Notes: generated by a model from the sequence alone, not told the origin. Positions 37,685 through 48,133 are shown, counted from the stretch's first letter. The stretch is DNA of 64,000 nucleotides from a virus (IMGVR_UViG_3300015607_004593:157971-221970), one strand, 5' to 3'. Translations and numbers: made by a program.

Positions 37685-38752
37685 TTAATGAATAATATTT
37701 TGTTGTTCTATATGACCTATTTCTTTAACTTCATAAGAAGAAAAATTATAAATGTATTCTTTTATTTTTTCTTTATAAAAGGGGTCAACAATCAATACTA
37801 ATCCTATACCCATATTAAAAACTCTAAACATTTCTTCTCTTGATATATTTCCTTCTTTCTGAAGAAATGAAAATATTTCAGGAATTTCCCAAGAATTATA
37901 ATCAATAGAAGCATAAAGATTAGAAGGAATAGCTCTAGGTATATTTTCTATAATACCTCCACCAGTTATATGAGAAATGCCATGAATCTTAAATCTTAAG
38001 TTTCCATGGTCTGCTTCAAAGAGTAGATAAGAAATAAGATTTGAATAGATTGTTGTTGGAGTAAGTAAGATTTCACCTAAAGATTTTTCTGAAAAAGAAA
38101 AAGGTTTTGAATTTAAATCTAATCCTTTTTCTTTTATAATGTTTCTAACAAGAGAAAATCCATTAGAATGAATTCCTGAAGAACTTATCCCAAGAATAAT
38201 ATCTCCTTCTTTAACTTCTAAAGAAGGTTGTAAAAGTTTTGATTTTTCTACAATTCCAATTCCAAACCCAACAACATCAAAATAATTGTTTTGAAAAAAT
38301 CCAGGCATTTCAGCCGTTTCTCCACCTATCAGATAACAATCGGCTAATTCACATGCTCTTTGAATTCCTGATAACAAAGTCTTAAGATTTCTTTCTTCTA
38401 AATTTGAAAATGAAATAGTATCTAAAAAGAAACAAGGTTTTGCTCCTGAACAAACAATATCATTAACAACCATTGCAATAAGGTCTTGACCTAATGTTTC
38501 TAAAGAATTCATCTCAACTCCGATGGCAATCTTTGTTCCGATTCCATCTGTAGAAGTAATTAGAAGAGGGTCTTTAAATGTTTTAGGTATAGATGAAACA
38601 GCATTAAATCCACCAATTTCAGAATGAATAAAAGATGGAATTCCTCGTTTCTTTTCTGATTCCTTAATGAAATTTACAATTCCATTTCCAAGGTCAATAG
38701 ATACTCCTGCTTTTTCATAAGCAGAAGAAAGATAGTTTACAATGTTATTCAT
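37685..38752 (-). CDS. purM: Phosphoribosylformylglycinamidine cyclo-ligase
   Basis: YEKAGV, IGGF, STDGIGTK, GGETAEMPG, SSGIHSNGFSL, HITGGG, VFNMGIG. Confidence 0.96.
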   Translation of the reverse strand: MNNIVNYLSSAYEKAGVSIDLGNGIVNFIKESEKKRGIPSFIHSEIGGFNAVSSIPKTFKDPLLITSTDGIGTKIAIGVEMNSLETLGQDLIAMVVNDIVCSGAKPCFFLDTISFSNLEERNLKTLLSGIQRACELADCYLIGGETAEMPGFFQNNYFDVVGFGIGIVEKSKLLQPSLEVKEGDIILGISSSGIHSNGFSLVRNIIKEKGLDLNSKPFSFSEKSLGEILLTPTTIYSNLISYLLFEADHGNLRFKIHGISHITGGGIIENIPRAIPSNLYASIDYNSWEIPEIFSFLQKEGNISREEMFRVFNMGIGLVLIVDPFYKEKIKEYIYNFSSYEVKEIGHIEQQNIIH

Positions 38753-38759
38753 TTTTCAG

Positions 38760-40109
38760 TTACCAACCTTTTTGCATGATTGTTTGTTTACCACGAGCAA
38801 AGAAGAATTCTGATTTTTCTTCATCAATATAATTTTCAATAATTCCATATTTTACTTTTATCTTATCCCAAATAGAATGTATGAGATTTCTAAGAGTAAA
38901 ATGAACAGATTTAGATGACCTTAATTCTAAAATATAAAATAATTGAGGAAGTGTGACAATTAGTTCACAATTAACAAGATTACCTAAAGGATAATAATAT
39001 TGAAGAACATTTATTTTTTCTTGTGAATTTAAATTCTTTCCTAGAAGAAATAATTTCTCATATTGATCAATAACAAAATCTATAATTTTATTTCCTAAGT
39101 CATGAGGAAGAAATGAAAAATATTCTCTTGAAAATGAAGAAAGAAATGAGACTGATGAACATCTATTTGAAAGTGTATTTCTATGACGTTGTAAGTCTCT
39201 CCACGAACCATAATCTAATGAAAATTCAATTGTCATAGTTCCATATGATGAAAGAAAAGAAGGAAGAGGAACATTCTTAGGTCTATTTTTGAAAATAGCA
39301 TATTCTTTATCAAAGACACCTTTATCTATAGAATCTTTAATTGTTAATTCTCTAGCATAAGGAGGAGTATAGACTAAATTAAACTGTTTTTCTGCTACAT
39401 TCTGAACGTAGAGTGAAGAAAGTGGAGAAAATGGTTTGAATGAAGAAGAAAATTGTTTCTCTAATCCTTCAAATGTTTTTGCAGCAATATTTTTTACTTC
39501 ATCAAGAGGATGATTGATTAGATAAAGAAGATGTTCATTGAGAGAGGAGAATGTCATAGACAACCCCATTTGAGTTTTTATTCCACAAGGAAGTAATGAC
39601 CTTGTAATATCAAACGCCTTTGCTTTAATTGCATTTTCATAGATTTCCTCATTTTGATTTTCTTTCCTTTGGTTTTCTTTTCTTAAAAATTCTTTGATAG
39701 GTTCCTGTATCGAATGATAGAAAGAAATCCAAGATTGTAATATGTCTCCTGATAGGACATTAGAAAGAGGGTCTACAACTTCAGCAGAAGAAAAATCAAT
39801 ATATCTTGATGATGTTTCTTGTCCATTGAATAGATTTGATGCTTCAAATGCCTTTGCTGCTAAGATTGAAATTCCTTCAAGAAAAACAACGGCATTTCCA
39901 CAATCTGCTATAGATTTATGCCCATAACCTAGATAATACTTTTTTAAAGATTCTTTGATAGATTGCTCATGTTCCTTTCCATTCTCAATCAATTCATTCA
40001 ATCTTTCTTGAATGGGTTTTGTAGACCTAGAATAAAATGCTAAAAGCATTGCAACAACTTCAGGGTCGGAAAAATGAGAAGGATTTAATATAGTGATATT
40101 TGATGACAT
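38760..40109 (-). CDS. thyX: FAD-dependent thymidylate synthase-like (long ThyX form)
   Basis: YSRS, GYGHKSIAD, ETSSRY, AFDITRSLLP, RDLQRHR, ELRS. Confidence 0.75.
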   Translation of the reverse strand: MSSNITILNPSHFSDPEVVAMLLAFYSRSTKPIQERLNELIENGKEHEQSIKESLKKYYLGYGHKSIADCGNAVVFLEGISILAAKAFEASNLFNGQETSSRYIDFSSAEVVDPLSNVLSGDILQSWISFYHSIQEPIKEFLRKENQRKENQNEEIYENAIKAKAFDITRSLLPCGIKTQMGLSMTFSSLNEHLLYLINHPLDEVKNIAAKTFEGLEKQFSSSFKPFSPLSSLYVQNVAEKQFNLVYTPPYARELTIKDSIDKGVFDKEYAIFKNRPKNVPLPSFLSSYGTMTIEFSLDYGSWRDLQRHRNTLSNRCSSVSFLSSFSREYFSFLPHDLGNKIIDFVIDQYEKLFLLGKNLNSQEKINVLQYYYPLGNLVNCELIVTLPQLFYILELRSSKSVHFTLRNLIHSIWDKIKVKYGIIENYIDEEKSEFFFARGKQTIMQKGW

Positions 40110-40170
40110 TTTGTTCTCTTAAAGGATATGATATATTTTTTTCTTTCTTTCTCTTTTTTATCTATTTTCA

Positions 40171-41268
40171 CTAGCCTGAGAAAGAAGGATTATAAGGGCA
40201 TTGTAATGAATAATTCTTTAGATAATGTTTCTTCCAAAATTCTTTGATATTAGGTTCCCTTCCATTTCTTACTATCATTAACAAAGGGAAAAATATATTT
40301 TCTTTCTCAAGAAAAGCAACTTCTTTATTTGTTAAATCTTTATATTTTTCTACTTTTGATGATACATTTTCATTGATATAATTTAATTCACTTAAAACCT
40401 TTTTTTCTATTCCTTCTAAAACATCAAGAGAATATCCTTTTGTTTTAATCAAAGATTTAAGTTCATCAGAAGTCTGTTCTACAACAGCTTCAGCAAAATC
40501 TCGTTCTCTTAATTCTGTTTTTATCATGTGATTCTTTAAGTACCAAAGAGTCTTAAATTTCACATGAATTTTAGATTGTAAAAAGTAAACAACATATCCT
40601 TCAAAATTAATAGACTCATACATATCCTTTTTTATTTCTTCTATTCCTTTCTTCGGAAAGGAAGTAACTAAAGGAATAGAAAACAAAGAAGCAATTTTTT
40701 CTAATTTTTCCCTTGAAATAAAATTTCCTGTTTCATTTTCTCTAATTGCCAAAAGAGTAAATTTAGGTTTATGTCCATAATCAATAACGATTCCAAAAAA
40801 AGGAGAAGTATATTCAAAGATAGGAGTAAGTAGGTATTCATGACAATAGAAACAAAGTTCATTTAATTTTGGATAACTATTTTTTGAGGCATCTAAAGCT
40901 AAGTCAGATATAAAACTTTTCTTTGATTTATAAAAAACAGAATCTTTAACAACTAAAGGTGTTACAATAGAACCATCAATCTTTTCTGTTATTTCAATTT
41001 CTTCATGCCATGGTAAGTTCTCAAACAATGTTTCTTGAATTTCATTTAAATTAAAGAATTTTGGAAAACTTCTTGAAGTACATTCACCATTATCTTTTCT
41101 ATAAACATTTCCTCTTGTTTCTTTTACTGAAGGAAATTTATTTAATAATTCATTAGGAAAATAAGAATAATTAACAATTAAAAATGTTTCTCCTTTTAAT
41201 GAAATTTCATTAACTTTAATAAGAGGATGATTGATAACTTCTTCAGGAAAGTCTTTAAAGTTTTTCAT
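40171..41268 (-). CDS. rnlA: RNA ligase 1
   Basis: ETRG, FPKFFNLNE, EKIDGS, TPIFEY, LLAIRENETG, EGYV, KFKT.WY. Confidence 0.92.
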   Translation of the reverse strand: MKNFKDFPEEVINHPLIKVNEISLKGETFLIVNYSYFPNELLNKFPSVKETRGNVYRKDNGECTSRSFPKFFNLNEIQETLFENLPWHEEIEITEKIDGSIVTPLVVKDSVFYKSKKSFISDLALDASKNSYPKLNELCFYCHEYLLTPIFEYTSPFFGIVIDYGHKPKFTLLAIRENETGNFISREKLEKIASLFSIPLVTSFPKKGIEEIKKDMYESINFEGYVVYFLQSKIHVKFKTLWYLKNHMIKTELRERDFAEAVVEQTSDELKSLIKTKGYSLDVLEGIEKKVLSELNYINENVSSKVEKYKDLTNKEVAFLEKENIFFPLLMIVRNGREPNIKEFWKKHYLKNYSLQCPYNPSFSG

Positions 41269-41283
41269 CTATATAGAAAATAA

Positions 41284-41565
41284 TTAAGCTGTTCTTGGTG
41301 TAAGAGGGTCAAAATCAAAATCATCATTTTGTCCAATGAGTAAATAAGGGTCTTTAATTTTTATAAAACGATGATTTTGAGCTTTAACTCCACCTATGAA
41401 TGTAAAAGAAAAAGAAGGAAAATTAACATCTTCTTCTTTATTGATTACTCTTTTATTATTATTTTCAATCCTTTTATTCTTTTCTTTCTTTTGAAAAGAA
41501 TGAAAAATAACATTTCTTTTTTTCTCTTCTGTTGCTTCTTCTTTTTCAGGAATGTCTTGATTCAA
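41284..41565 (-). CDS. Hypothetical protein
   Basis: ORF. Confidence 0.35.
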   Translation of the reverse strand: MNQDIPEKEEATEEKKRNVIFHSFQKKEKNKRIENNNKRVINKEEDVNFPSFSFTFIGGVKAQNHRFIKIKDPYLLIGQNDDFDFDPLTPRTA

Positions 41566-41770
41566 GGTTTATCTCTTATATAAAGTTTAATAACAAGAAT
41601 TTGTTTTATTAAAGGTAGAAGAAAGAATCCATCCTTTAGGATTACTTTCTGATAATTGATTTACTCTTTCTTTTAATAATTCAATTTCAGACATAAGATG
41701 TTTAATAGTCTCTGATAATGATAATAAAGAAGTATTAAATTCTACATTTTTTTCTTGATTCATTTCTATT

Positions 41771-42010
41771 TTAATCCTTTTTTTCTTTTTCTTTAAAAAA
41801 TAAATCTACTAAAGAGTTTAATTCATGAATGTTGATAGTGAGAGTAACATTTCTTTTTTTAATCTTAATACATTCTTCTTCTTCACTATTAAATCCTTGA
41901 GTCTTAAAAAATTCAGACAAAGCCCAAAGAAGAGTTTCTAGTTTATCTTTTTTAAAATAATCTAGTTTTTTAATCTTTAACACATGAGTAGAAGAAGAAT
42001 GTTTTTTCAT
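41771..42010 (-). CDS. Hypothetical protein
   Basis: ORF in operon. Confidence 0.45.
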   Translation of the reverse strand: MKKHSSSTHVLKIKKLDYFKKDKLETLLWALSEFFKTQGFNSEEEECIKIKKRNVTLTINIHELNSLVDLFFKEKEKKD

Positions 42011-42030
42011 ATAAACTTTCCTTTCATTTC

Positions 42031-42351
42031 TTAGGAATGAGTTTTCTTAGAAATATGAAGAAGAATCTTATTTCCTAAATCATTTAGAAACTTTATATCT
42101 AATGATTTTAGATATTCTTCTTTCCTAGAAGAATAGAATTTATTCATAAACATATCTCTTAAAGGGACTGGTGTAATAAATCTTCTATCTCTATAAAGAG
42201 ATTCTAAAATGAAATGATAAAGATATTCAGATTCTAATGATATATTAAAAACTTTATTAGCAAAAAAAATACTTTTATGATTGAGAAGAGGAAGAATAAA
42301 CTTTTTTTCTTCTTCAGAGAAATAAGAAGTATATAAAAACGGCATTAACAT
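42031..42351 (-). CDS. Hypothetical protein
   Basis: ORF in operon. Confidence 0.45.
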   Translation of the reverse strand: MLMPFLYTSYFSEEEKKFILPLLNHKSIFFANKVFNISLESEYLYHFILESLYRDRRFITPVPLRDMFMNKFYSSRKEEYLKSLDIKFLNDLGNKILLHISKKTHS

Positions 42352-42365
42352 AGTTTAATTCCTTT

Positions 42366-42650
42366 TTATTTAAAATCATCTCGTGTATAACAATTATTTA
42401 CAAGATAAGACCCTAACCAAGATGGACATGGTTTTAAGACAGATAATGATGTTTTAAATTGAGAAATCTTTAAGGCTCCTTTTTTTCCGAGAAAAAGAAA
42501 AAATGAATATTTCTTATTTTTAGGTTTAATGACAAAACATTTATACTTTTCTTTCATTTCTTCTTCAAGGTCTGTTTCTTCATGACAAAAAAACAATTCA
42601 TGTTCTTCTTTAGAAGAAAGAAAGATAGAAAATTTATCTATTATTTTCAT
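42366..42650 (-). CDS. Hypothetical protein
   Basis: ORF in operon. Confidence 0.45.
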   Translation of the reverse strand: MKIIDKFSIFLSSKEEHELFFCHEETDLEEEMKEKYKCFVIKPKNKKYSFFLFLGKKGALKISQFKTSLSVLKPCPSWLGSYLVNNCYTRDDFK

Positions 42651-42722
42651 TTTAATCTTATTTTTTATTATTTTATCATCAATAATTTAAAATTCAAGAG
42701 CTTATTATAATTATAGTAAAAA

Positions 42723-42730
42723 TATAAATA
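42723..42730 (+). promoter_or_regulatory. T4-type late promoter
   Basis: TATAAATA about 50 bp upstream of 42781; gp33 present. Confidence 0.55.
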
Positions 42731-42780
42731 ATTTATAAAAATAATTTAGGGTATCTCTTAGAGAAGGAAAAATAAACATC

Positions 42781-43404
42781 ATGAGTCTTTATAAGCAATT
42801 TAAAGAATTTTTAAATGAAGCTAGGTCAGATTCTATTGTGTATGTAAGTAAAACTAAAGCGGGAAAGAAAACAGACGACCCTTCAAAAATTGTAAAAGTT
42901 GAAGGAGAATTATATCCCTCAAGAGGAATCGTTGAATATGATGCTCTATCAGAAATAGCAATCTTACTTGAAGAACAAAAATAACTTTCTATAAAACTTG
43001 AGAAAGCGAAAGAAGATGTAAGAGTTTACATGGAAGATTTATTTGATCTTCAAGATAAACTTTATACAAGAGTTTTGAAAATAACAAGAATTCATAATAA
43101 TGTTGTTTCTGAATTGAAAGTTACTATGACTAAAGAAACAGAAAGAACATCTATTGATTACAAGGCATTTATTAATGAATTGAAAGAAACATTTGTTGAA
43201 TTATCTGTAGATATAGATATTCTTTTGAATAAGTATACATCTATTACAAAAATTGCAGCGGGAATAAGAATGGAATTAAATGAATTAAATGAGTCAATTG
43301 TTTCAACTATAAAAGCATCATTCAAAAAATTAATTTCATACTTTGAAGGTAGATTTAAATTGTATGATAAGTTTATCAACAAGTATAAAAAATATGAAAA
43401 ATAA
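42781..43404 (+). pseudogene. Candidate internal head protein gene interrupted by one in-frame TAA (42982-42984)
   Basis: The 67-aa and 124-aa ORFs share a frame and the linker is open (LSIKLEKAKEDVRVY); N-terminus KQFKEFLNE. Confidence 0.65.
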
Positions 43405-43570
43405 AAAAAGTCTAGGTTTGCTAAAAAATGAATTTTTTTAATTTTTTTATTGTTTTAATTCAAAGACTTACAAGGGTCATTTTTACGTTTTTTTACGAGG
43501 TGGTAGTCTAGGTACTCTTTTTTTTCAAAATTTTCATTTTTTTGAAAAGATGTTTAAAAACAAGTATTTA
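43404..43570 (+). repeat. Dispersed intergenic repeat, copy 3
   Basis: Matches 17913-18079 with a few substitutions. Confidence 0.9.
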
Positions 43571-43578
43571 CAAAAAAC

Positions 43579-43604
43579 AAAAAAGCCCGGAAAACCGGGT
43601 TTTT
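43579..43604. terminator. Bidirectional intrinsic terminator
   Basis: AAAAAAGCCCGG-AAAA-CCGGGTTTTT. Confidence 0.75.
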
Positions 43605-43689
43605 GATTCCTGAAAAGGAAGAAAGATGATTATCTTAAATCATAAATGTGAAGTCGAATTGCCTCAAATTTCAGCAGTTCACCAACTGG

Positions 43690-44055
43690 TCAACGATTTG
43701 CATTTTCAAACACACCCACAATAAAGTGAGTAAACAACCGAAGTGCAGCGGCGGGATGAACGACAGCAACCGCTTCAAATTCAATTCCTTTATCATCACT
43801 CTTCAAGTGAACAAATTCAGGTTCTACTCGAAAAGCATCCACATCCCCTATATGATGTAGAATAAATCCTTCTTCTTCAGCCATGGTCATTTGCTCTTGT
43901 GTTGGAGTATGTCGGCTAATAAAAGCCATGTTTAGTTTTACTTCTTCGTTCACGTTCATTTCATTTCCTCTTGGTTGTTTCAAACAAGAAAACCTTTTTT
44001 CGTGTTTCCTTTCACTTCCACAAAACATCATTTGCTTTGTTGATGTCAATTTCAA
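43690..44055 (-). CDS. Hypothetical protein (start probably MNVNEE)
   Basis: AFISRHTPT..., VVHPAAA. Confidence 0.5.
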   Translation of the reverse strand: MKLTSTKQMMFCGSERKHEKRFSCLKQPRGNEMNVNEEVKLNMAFISRHTPTQEQMTMAEEEGFILHHIGDVDAFRVEPEFVHLKSDDKGIEFEAVAVVHPAAALRLFTHFIVGVFENANR

Positions 44056-44398
44056 GAGCTAAAATTGCTCTTGCTCTTTCTGATGACATGAAAAAGCATA
44101 GTTGTGTATTTCCTATACACAATTTTCTTACTGCCCATCCTTTTTCATCATCAATAATTAAAAAATCATTAACGAATATTTCATTTTTCAGGTGAAATAT
44201 ATCTCCATATTGAACAAGTCTTAAGAAAACTTCTTCAGGGGAAATATTTTTTTCTTTGAGAAAAGATTCAGATTCAAAAAACAAAAAACCTAACAATTTA
44301 CAACATTCTTTAAATTTATTCAAGAATGTTTCAACATCAAGAGTAGTATTAATATTCATTAGAACTCTCCTTTTAGATTGTACGATTCTTGGTGACAT
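44012..44398 (-). CDS. Hypothetical protein
   Basis: ORF in operon. Confidence 0.45.
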   Translation of the reverse strand: MSPRIVQSKRRVLMNINTTLDVETFLNKFKECCKLLGFLFFESESFLKEKNISPEEVFLRLVQYGDIFHLKNEIFVNDFLIIDDEKGWAVRKLCIGNTQLCFFMSSERARAILALEIDINKANDVLWK

Positions 44399-44663
44399 TG
44401 AAGAACCCTTCTCTCAATTGAGAAGAAAGAGAAATCATTTCATCTTGAGAAAGCAAAAGAGAAGAATGAGGGTTTTCATACCCGGTTCTAATGAGAAATT
44501 CACCAGAAGGAAGCCTTTCAATTTTTACAGTTCCGAAAGGAATTTCAGGAACAGATAAAATTTCCCTTTCTTTTGTTGTTGGAAAAGGCTTCTGAATTTC
44601 CTTTTTAAGCAAAAGACCGATACGGGACTCAATCATATCAATCAAGAAAGAAAACATAGTCAT
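44373..44663 (-). CDS. Hypothetical protein
   Basis: AGGAG RBS. Confidence 0.45.
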   Translation of the reverse strand: MTMFSFLIDMIESRIGLLLKKEIQKPFPTTKEREILSVPEIPFGTVKIERLPSGEFLIRTGYENPHSSLLLSQDEMISLSSQLREGFFNVTKNRTI

Positions 44664-44715
44664 CTACTCCTATCACTTTGTGGGGTTGGTTGTAAAAATC
44701 AATTCTTTTTTCTTT

Positions 44716-45597
44716 CTAAAGAAAGACATTTTTTCCTACAGAAAGAGTCTGTAGACCTATAGAATTAAACATAATCAATACTTTCTTATTATCATCTAAT
44801 ACGAAAGTAATGTTATAAACCCCTTCAATTTTATTTCTAAAGATTTCTTCTTCAACAACATAAGAAGGTCTATAATCTTTATTCTCTCTTAGGAAAATAG
44901 CATCAAAGGGTATTTTATTTGCAATCAACCATTTTTTAGTATTTTCTCTTGAATACTCTTCTCTTGTTGATAGGATAATTATCTTATGATCAATAGACAT
45001 TCTTCGTACAATTTGAGCAATATTCTCTTTGAGAGAATCTTCACCAACCCTTGAATAATCATATATTGACCTTCCTGAAGTATTTTCAGAAAGAGTCGAA
45101 TCAATATCAACAATGATTGCGTTAGGTGCAAAGGGATGATGTTCAACTTGTTTCTTGAATTGAGAGCAAAATTGAAAATATTGTTTACTAATAACTTCTT
45201 GGCCTACAGGATTTTGACGTTGGCTATCTCTTATCAAAGCATCATAAAGAAATAAATCAAATATCTTTAATTCAACTTCATATCCAAGACTTCTGAGCAT
45301 TTCTTCACGCTCTTCTCTAAAAAATTTATTCAGATTAGTATCTGCAATGATAATATTCCTTCCAAGATTGGAATAATGAGTAATTTGTTCATCACAAATT
45401 TCTGTTATCCTTGGTTCATTCTTCCAATTATAAACTCTCCAAGAAAAAGTAGTTTCATTGGTTTCTTCGTGATAAGATTTTCTAACTTCATCTCTACAGA
45501 CAATGACCCAATTTTTGTTTTCATTAACAAATTTTTCCGCCCAAGTACTTTTACCTGAAGCAGAGATTCCAACAGTAATGATTGCTTTTTTGTTCAT
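44716..45597 (-). CDS. pseT: Polynucleotide 5'-kinase / 3'-phosphatase
   Basis: GISASGKSTWA, RDEVR, DTNL, HAD DIDSTL, LDD. Confidence 0.92.
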   Translation of the reverse strand: MNKKAIITVGISASGKSTWAEKFVNENKNWVIVCRDEVRKSYHEETNETTFSWRVYNWKNEPRITEICDEQITHYSNLGRNIIIADTNLNKFFREEREEMLRSLGYEVELKIFDLFLYDALIRDSQRQNPVGQEVISKQYFQFCSQFKKQVEHHPFAPNAIIVDIDSTLSENTSGRSIYDYSRVGEDSLKENIAQIVRRMSIDHKIIILSTREEYSRENTKKWLIANKIPFDAIFLRENKDYRPSYVVEEEIFRNKIEGVYNITFVLDDNKKVLIMFNSIGLQTLSVGKNVFL

Positions 45598-45680
45598 GAC
45601 TACTTTATCTCTCTTTCATCTTAAGATGATGTTATTATGCTACGATGATTTATCATCGTAGCCTTTGATAGTTTAATCTA

Positions 45681-46304
45681 TCATTTGATTGATGATTTAT
45701 TCATATAGTTTATTGTGGTTATTGTTCCTTTTTTGCAAGTACAAGTTCTGATTTCTCCTCTTTGAACCTTGTTGTGCATTGTTTTCGATATTCTTAATTC
45801 CTTTTCGCAAACAAAACATTTATAGTGAAAAATCGTCATTTTATTTCCCGATACAGAAACATCTAAATTGTGTCTTATATTACTCATTCCTCCTAACTTT
45901 CTATTAACATGTTTGAATTCCGGCCCATGCGCTTGTTTTGCATCAGGGTAAAGTTTGTGAACTACTTTATGAGCTAGTTCATGTTTAATTATATCTATAA
46001 ATTTTTCATCGCTTGTGGCTTCCATGATTTTAACATTGAATCCTACTTTATTTTTATAGACGTAGGCATAACCGGCGGTTCTACCTTTATAAAACCATTC
46101 AACTTCTACATAAAGATCAATGCCCGGCCAAATGACATTAATTTCATCCGTGATTCTTATAACTTCTTCAATACATTTAGACTTTAACATTTTCACTTTC
46201 CTCTCGTTTTGTTTCAAAGGTTGATTGTGTACATTCACACTACAGAGATAGTATACTAAATTTTTCATAAAAAAACAATATCGTATACAAAAAAAAATCC
46301 ACAA
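45681..46304 (-). CDS. SprT-like metalloprotease (start probably MLKSK)
   Basis: TAGYA, HELAH, HGPEFK, YKC..C, CTC. Confidence 0.85.
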   Translation of the reverse strand: MWIFFCIRYCFFMKNLVYYLCSVNVHNQPLKQNERKVKMLKSKCIEEVIRITDEINVIWPGIDLYVEVEWFYKGRTAGYAYVYKNKVGFNVKIMEATSDEKFIDIIKHELAHKVVHKLYPDAKQAHGPEFKHVNRKLGGMSNIRHNLDVSVSGNKMTIFHYKCFVCEKELRISKTMHNKVQRGEIRTCTCKKGTITTINYMNKSSIK

Positions 46305-46342
46305 AATCGTTGAATTTTGTGGATTTTACGAAAAATTATTTT

Positions 46343-46927
46343 TTAGGTGCGGGAGTTTTTGTTGTTTTTTTGTTGCCTTGTTGTGGGGTTTTTTTCTAGC
46401 AGCAACTTGTAAATGGTTGAAGAAATTTTATCCGGTGGGTCTTTAACAATCTTTTCAGGTGAAATCTCAACTTCTTCGTTTGAGATAACTTTAACTGACC
46501 ATACTACATCTTTCCAAACATATTCAGCGAGCTTATATTTGATTGGGTAATAAGTTAAAATAATTATCTTCAAACCTTCACCGGGTTTGAATCCACGTTT
46601 AAAAACCCCTATCGCTGCTAAAGGAATTCCTTTATATCTTTGAAAGATAAAAAATTCATGTCCTTTATAATCAGGATTCAAAGATTCATCAAATAAATCT
46701 CCTAACGATTTAGTGAAAGAAACTATCAAAGTTCTTTCAAGGGTTGCGTTTGTAAAAAGGTTTCTTTTTTCTTGAGTCCAACATAATTCATTTTTATGTC
46801 CTTTACTTCGTTCCTTTGATCTTTCAATTGCATGGGTAGACTCTATATCTTTATCATAAAACTCTTTGAAAGTTTTCATCGTTGGTTTGCTGGGTATAAT
46901 TTGAATGGATATTGACATAACAGACAA
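46343..46927 (-). CDS. Hypothetical protein
   Basis: Internal MKTFKEFY at 46879; THAIER. Confidence 0.5.
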   Translation of the reverse strand: MSVMSISIQIIPSKPTMKTFKEFYDKDIESTHAIERSKERSKGHKNELCWTQEKRNLFTNATLERTLIVSFTKSLGDLFDESLNPDYKGHEFFIFQRYKGIPLAAIGVFKRGFKPGEGLKIIILTYYPIKYKLAEYVWKDVVWSVKVISNEEVEISPEKIVKDPPDKISSTIYKLLLEKNPTTRQQKNNKNSRT

Positions 46928-46947
46928 CTCCTTAAATCAATTTCTCT

Positions 46948-47583
46948 TTAAAAAGTTAAAACATCTGCTTCAATGAAAGGATTTCTCCTGTTATATGATG
47001 AATAATATAAATTAATTAATGATGAAAGACCATTAATTAAAAAATACCTATTATCTTTTTTTATGAATAAAGGATTAGAAGGAATAGAAGCTCTTTTTGA
47101 TGGAGTATAGTTTTCAAAGGAATTAATTATATGCAATAACTTTTGCACAGGTATTGATTCTTTTTTAGTGTGATAAAGGGATTGAAGTTTAAGAAGAACA
47201 TCTATATTATATTTTTCTTTTGGAAAATGAATCCAAAGTGTATTTTCCATAGAAAGAAAATAATTATTAGGCATATCTAACCATGATGATTTCATTTTAT
47301 TAATCGTATATTTTTCTATAGGATATATTTCTCCTCTGTATAAAATTTTTTTCATTTTCTTTTTATCATCTATGATATTTTTTATTTTTTCGGCTAGATG
47401 AAATTTATCTTCTCTAAGGATACCAGATATGATTACTTTAAAGAAGAATTTATATGAAGGGTATTCAAGACAAAGAGCAATAAAATCATCTAAAGGCATT
47501 TTTCCGAAAAAGTAATACACAGAAGAATCAGTCTTTTTCTTCATAAACACCATAAGCTCTAAATTCTTGTTCACTTTTTGCAC
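46948..47583 (-). CDS. Hypothetical protein
   Basis: C-terminal ParB/Srx-like YFLING segment. Confidence 0.45.
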   Translation of the reverse strand: MQKVNKNLELMVFMKKKTDSSVYYFFGKMPLDDFIALCLEYPSYKFFFKVIISGILREDKFHLAEKIKNIIDDKKKMKKILYRGEIYPIEKYTINKMKSSWLDMPNNYFLSMENTLWIHFPKEKYNIDVLLKLQSLYHTKKESIPVQKLLHIINSFENYTPSKRASIPSNPLFIKKDNRYFLINGLSSLINLYYSSYNRRNPFIEADVLTF

Positions 47584-47610
47584 TCTTTTTCAAAGGTTTA
47601 TTTTTTAGAT

Positions 47611-47904
47611 TTAAACATTATTTCTCTTGAAAGGAATGATACCATAAACATCATCATCGTCATCATCAATAATCTTTGACGAAGAAGGTGTAATAGTATT
47701 TCCGATATAAAAATCATAAACATCATCATCTTCATTACTTTCTATTCTTTCAACAGAAACCCTATCTTGTTTTGAAAAAACAAAGAATTGATTTGAATTT
47801 TCTCGTTTGGCCTGCTTATCGCCGGTCTTTCTAAAGAAAGATGTTTTCCATTGAAATTTTTCATGAAGTAAGACTTCTGAAAACCTTAAATCTGTTTTAG
47901 TCAT
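47611..47904 (-). CDS. Hypothetical protein
   Basis: ORF in operon. Confidence 0.45.
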   Translation of the reverse strand: MTKTDLRFSEVLLHEKFQWKTSFFRKTGDKQAKRENSNQFFVFSKQDRVSVERIESNEDDDVYDFYIGNTITPSSSKIIDDDDDDVYGIIPFKRNNV

Positions 47905-48133
47905 AGAATCCTTTTTCCTTTTTTGAGGGGAATGATAATCTTGTCATCTTTACATCCCATTCAGTTGCTGGTCTTGACCAAAGTTTGTGATGTTCATCTT
48001 CATAGACAATAGTTAAAACAAAGTTCTTTTTTGTTGCTTCAATATTAGTTACAAAAATGATTCTATAAATTTTATTTGATTCATTGTGTTTCCAATAAGA
48101 ATATTTTTCATACTGTGTATCATAATTTCTCAT
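47897..48133 (-). CDS. DUF1653-like protein
   Basis: WKH...Y.I, IVYED...LWSRP..EW. Confidence 0.6.
   Translation of the reverse strand: MRNYDTQYEKYSYWKHNESNKIYRIIFVTNIEATKKNFVLTIVYEDEHHKLWSRPATEWDVKMTRLSFPSKKEKGFYD

Noticed and set aside
42982-42984. Genome-wide stop-codon reassignment
   Set aside because: Core genes are full length under the standard code and TAA is the usual terminator; this is an isolated case.
17913-43570. Dispersed repeats as a CRISPR array or IS ends
   Set aside because: They are too long, far apart and without spacers, and there is no adjacent transposase or target duplication.
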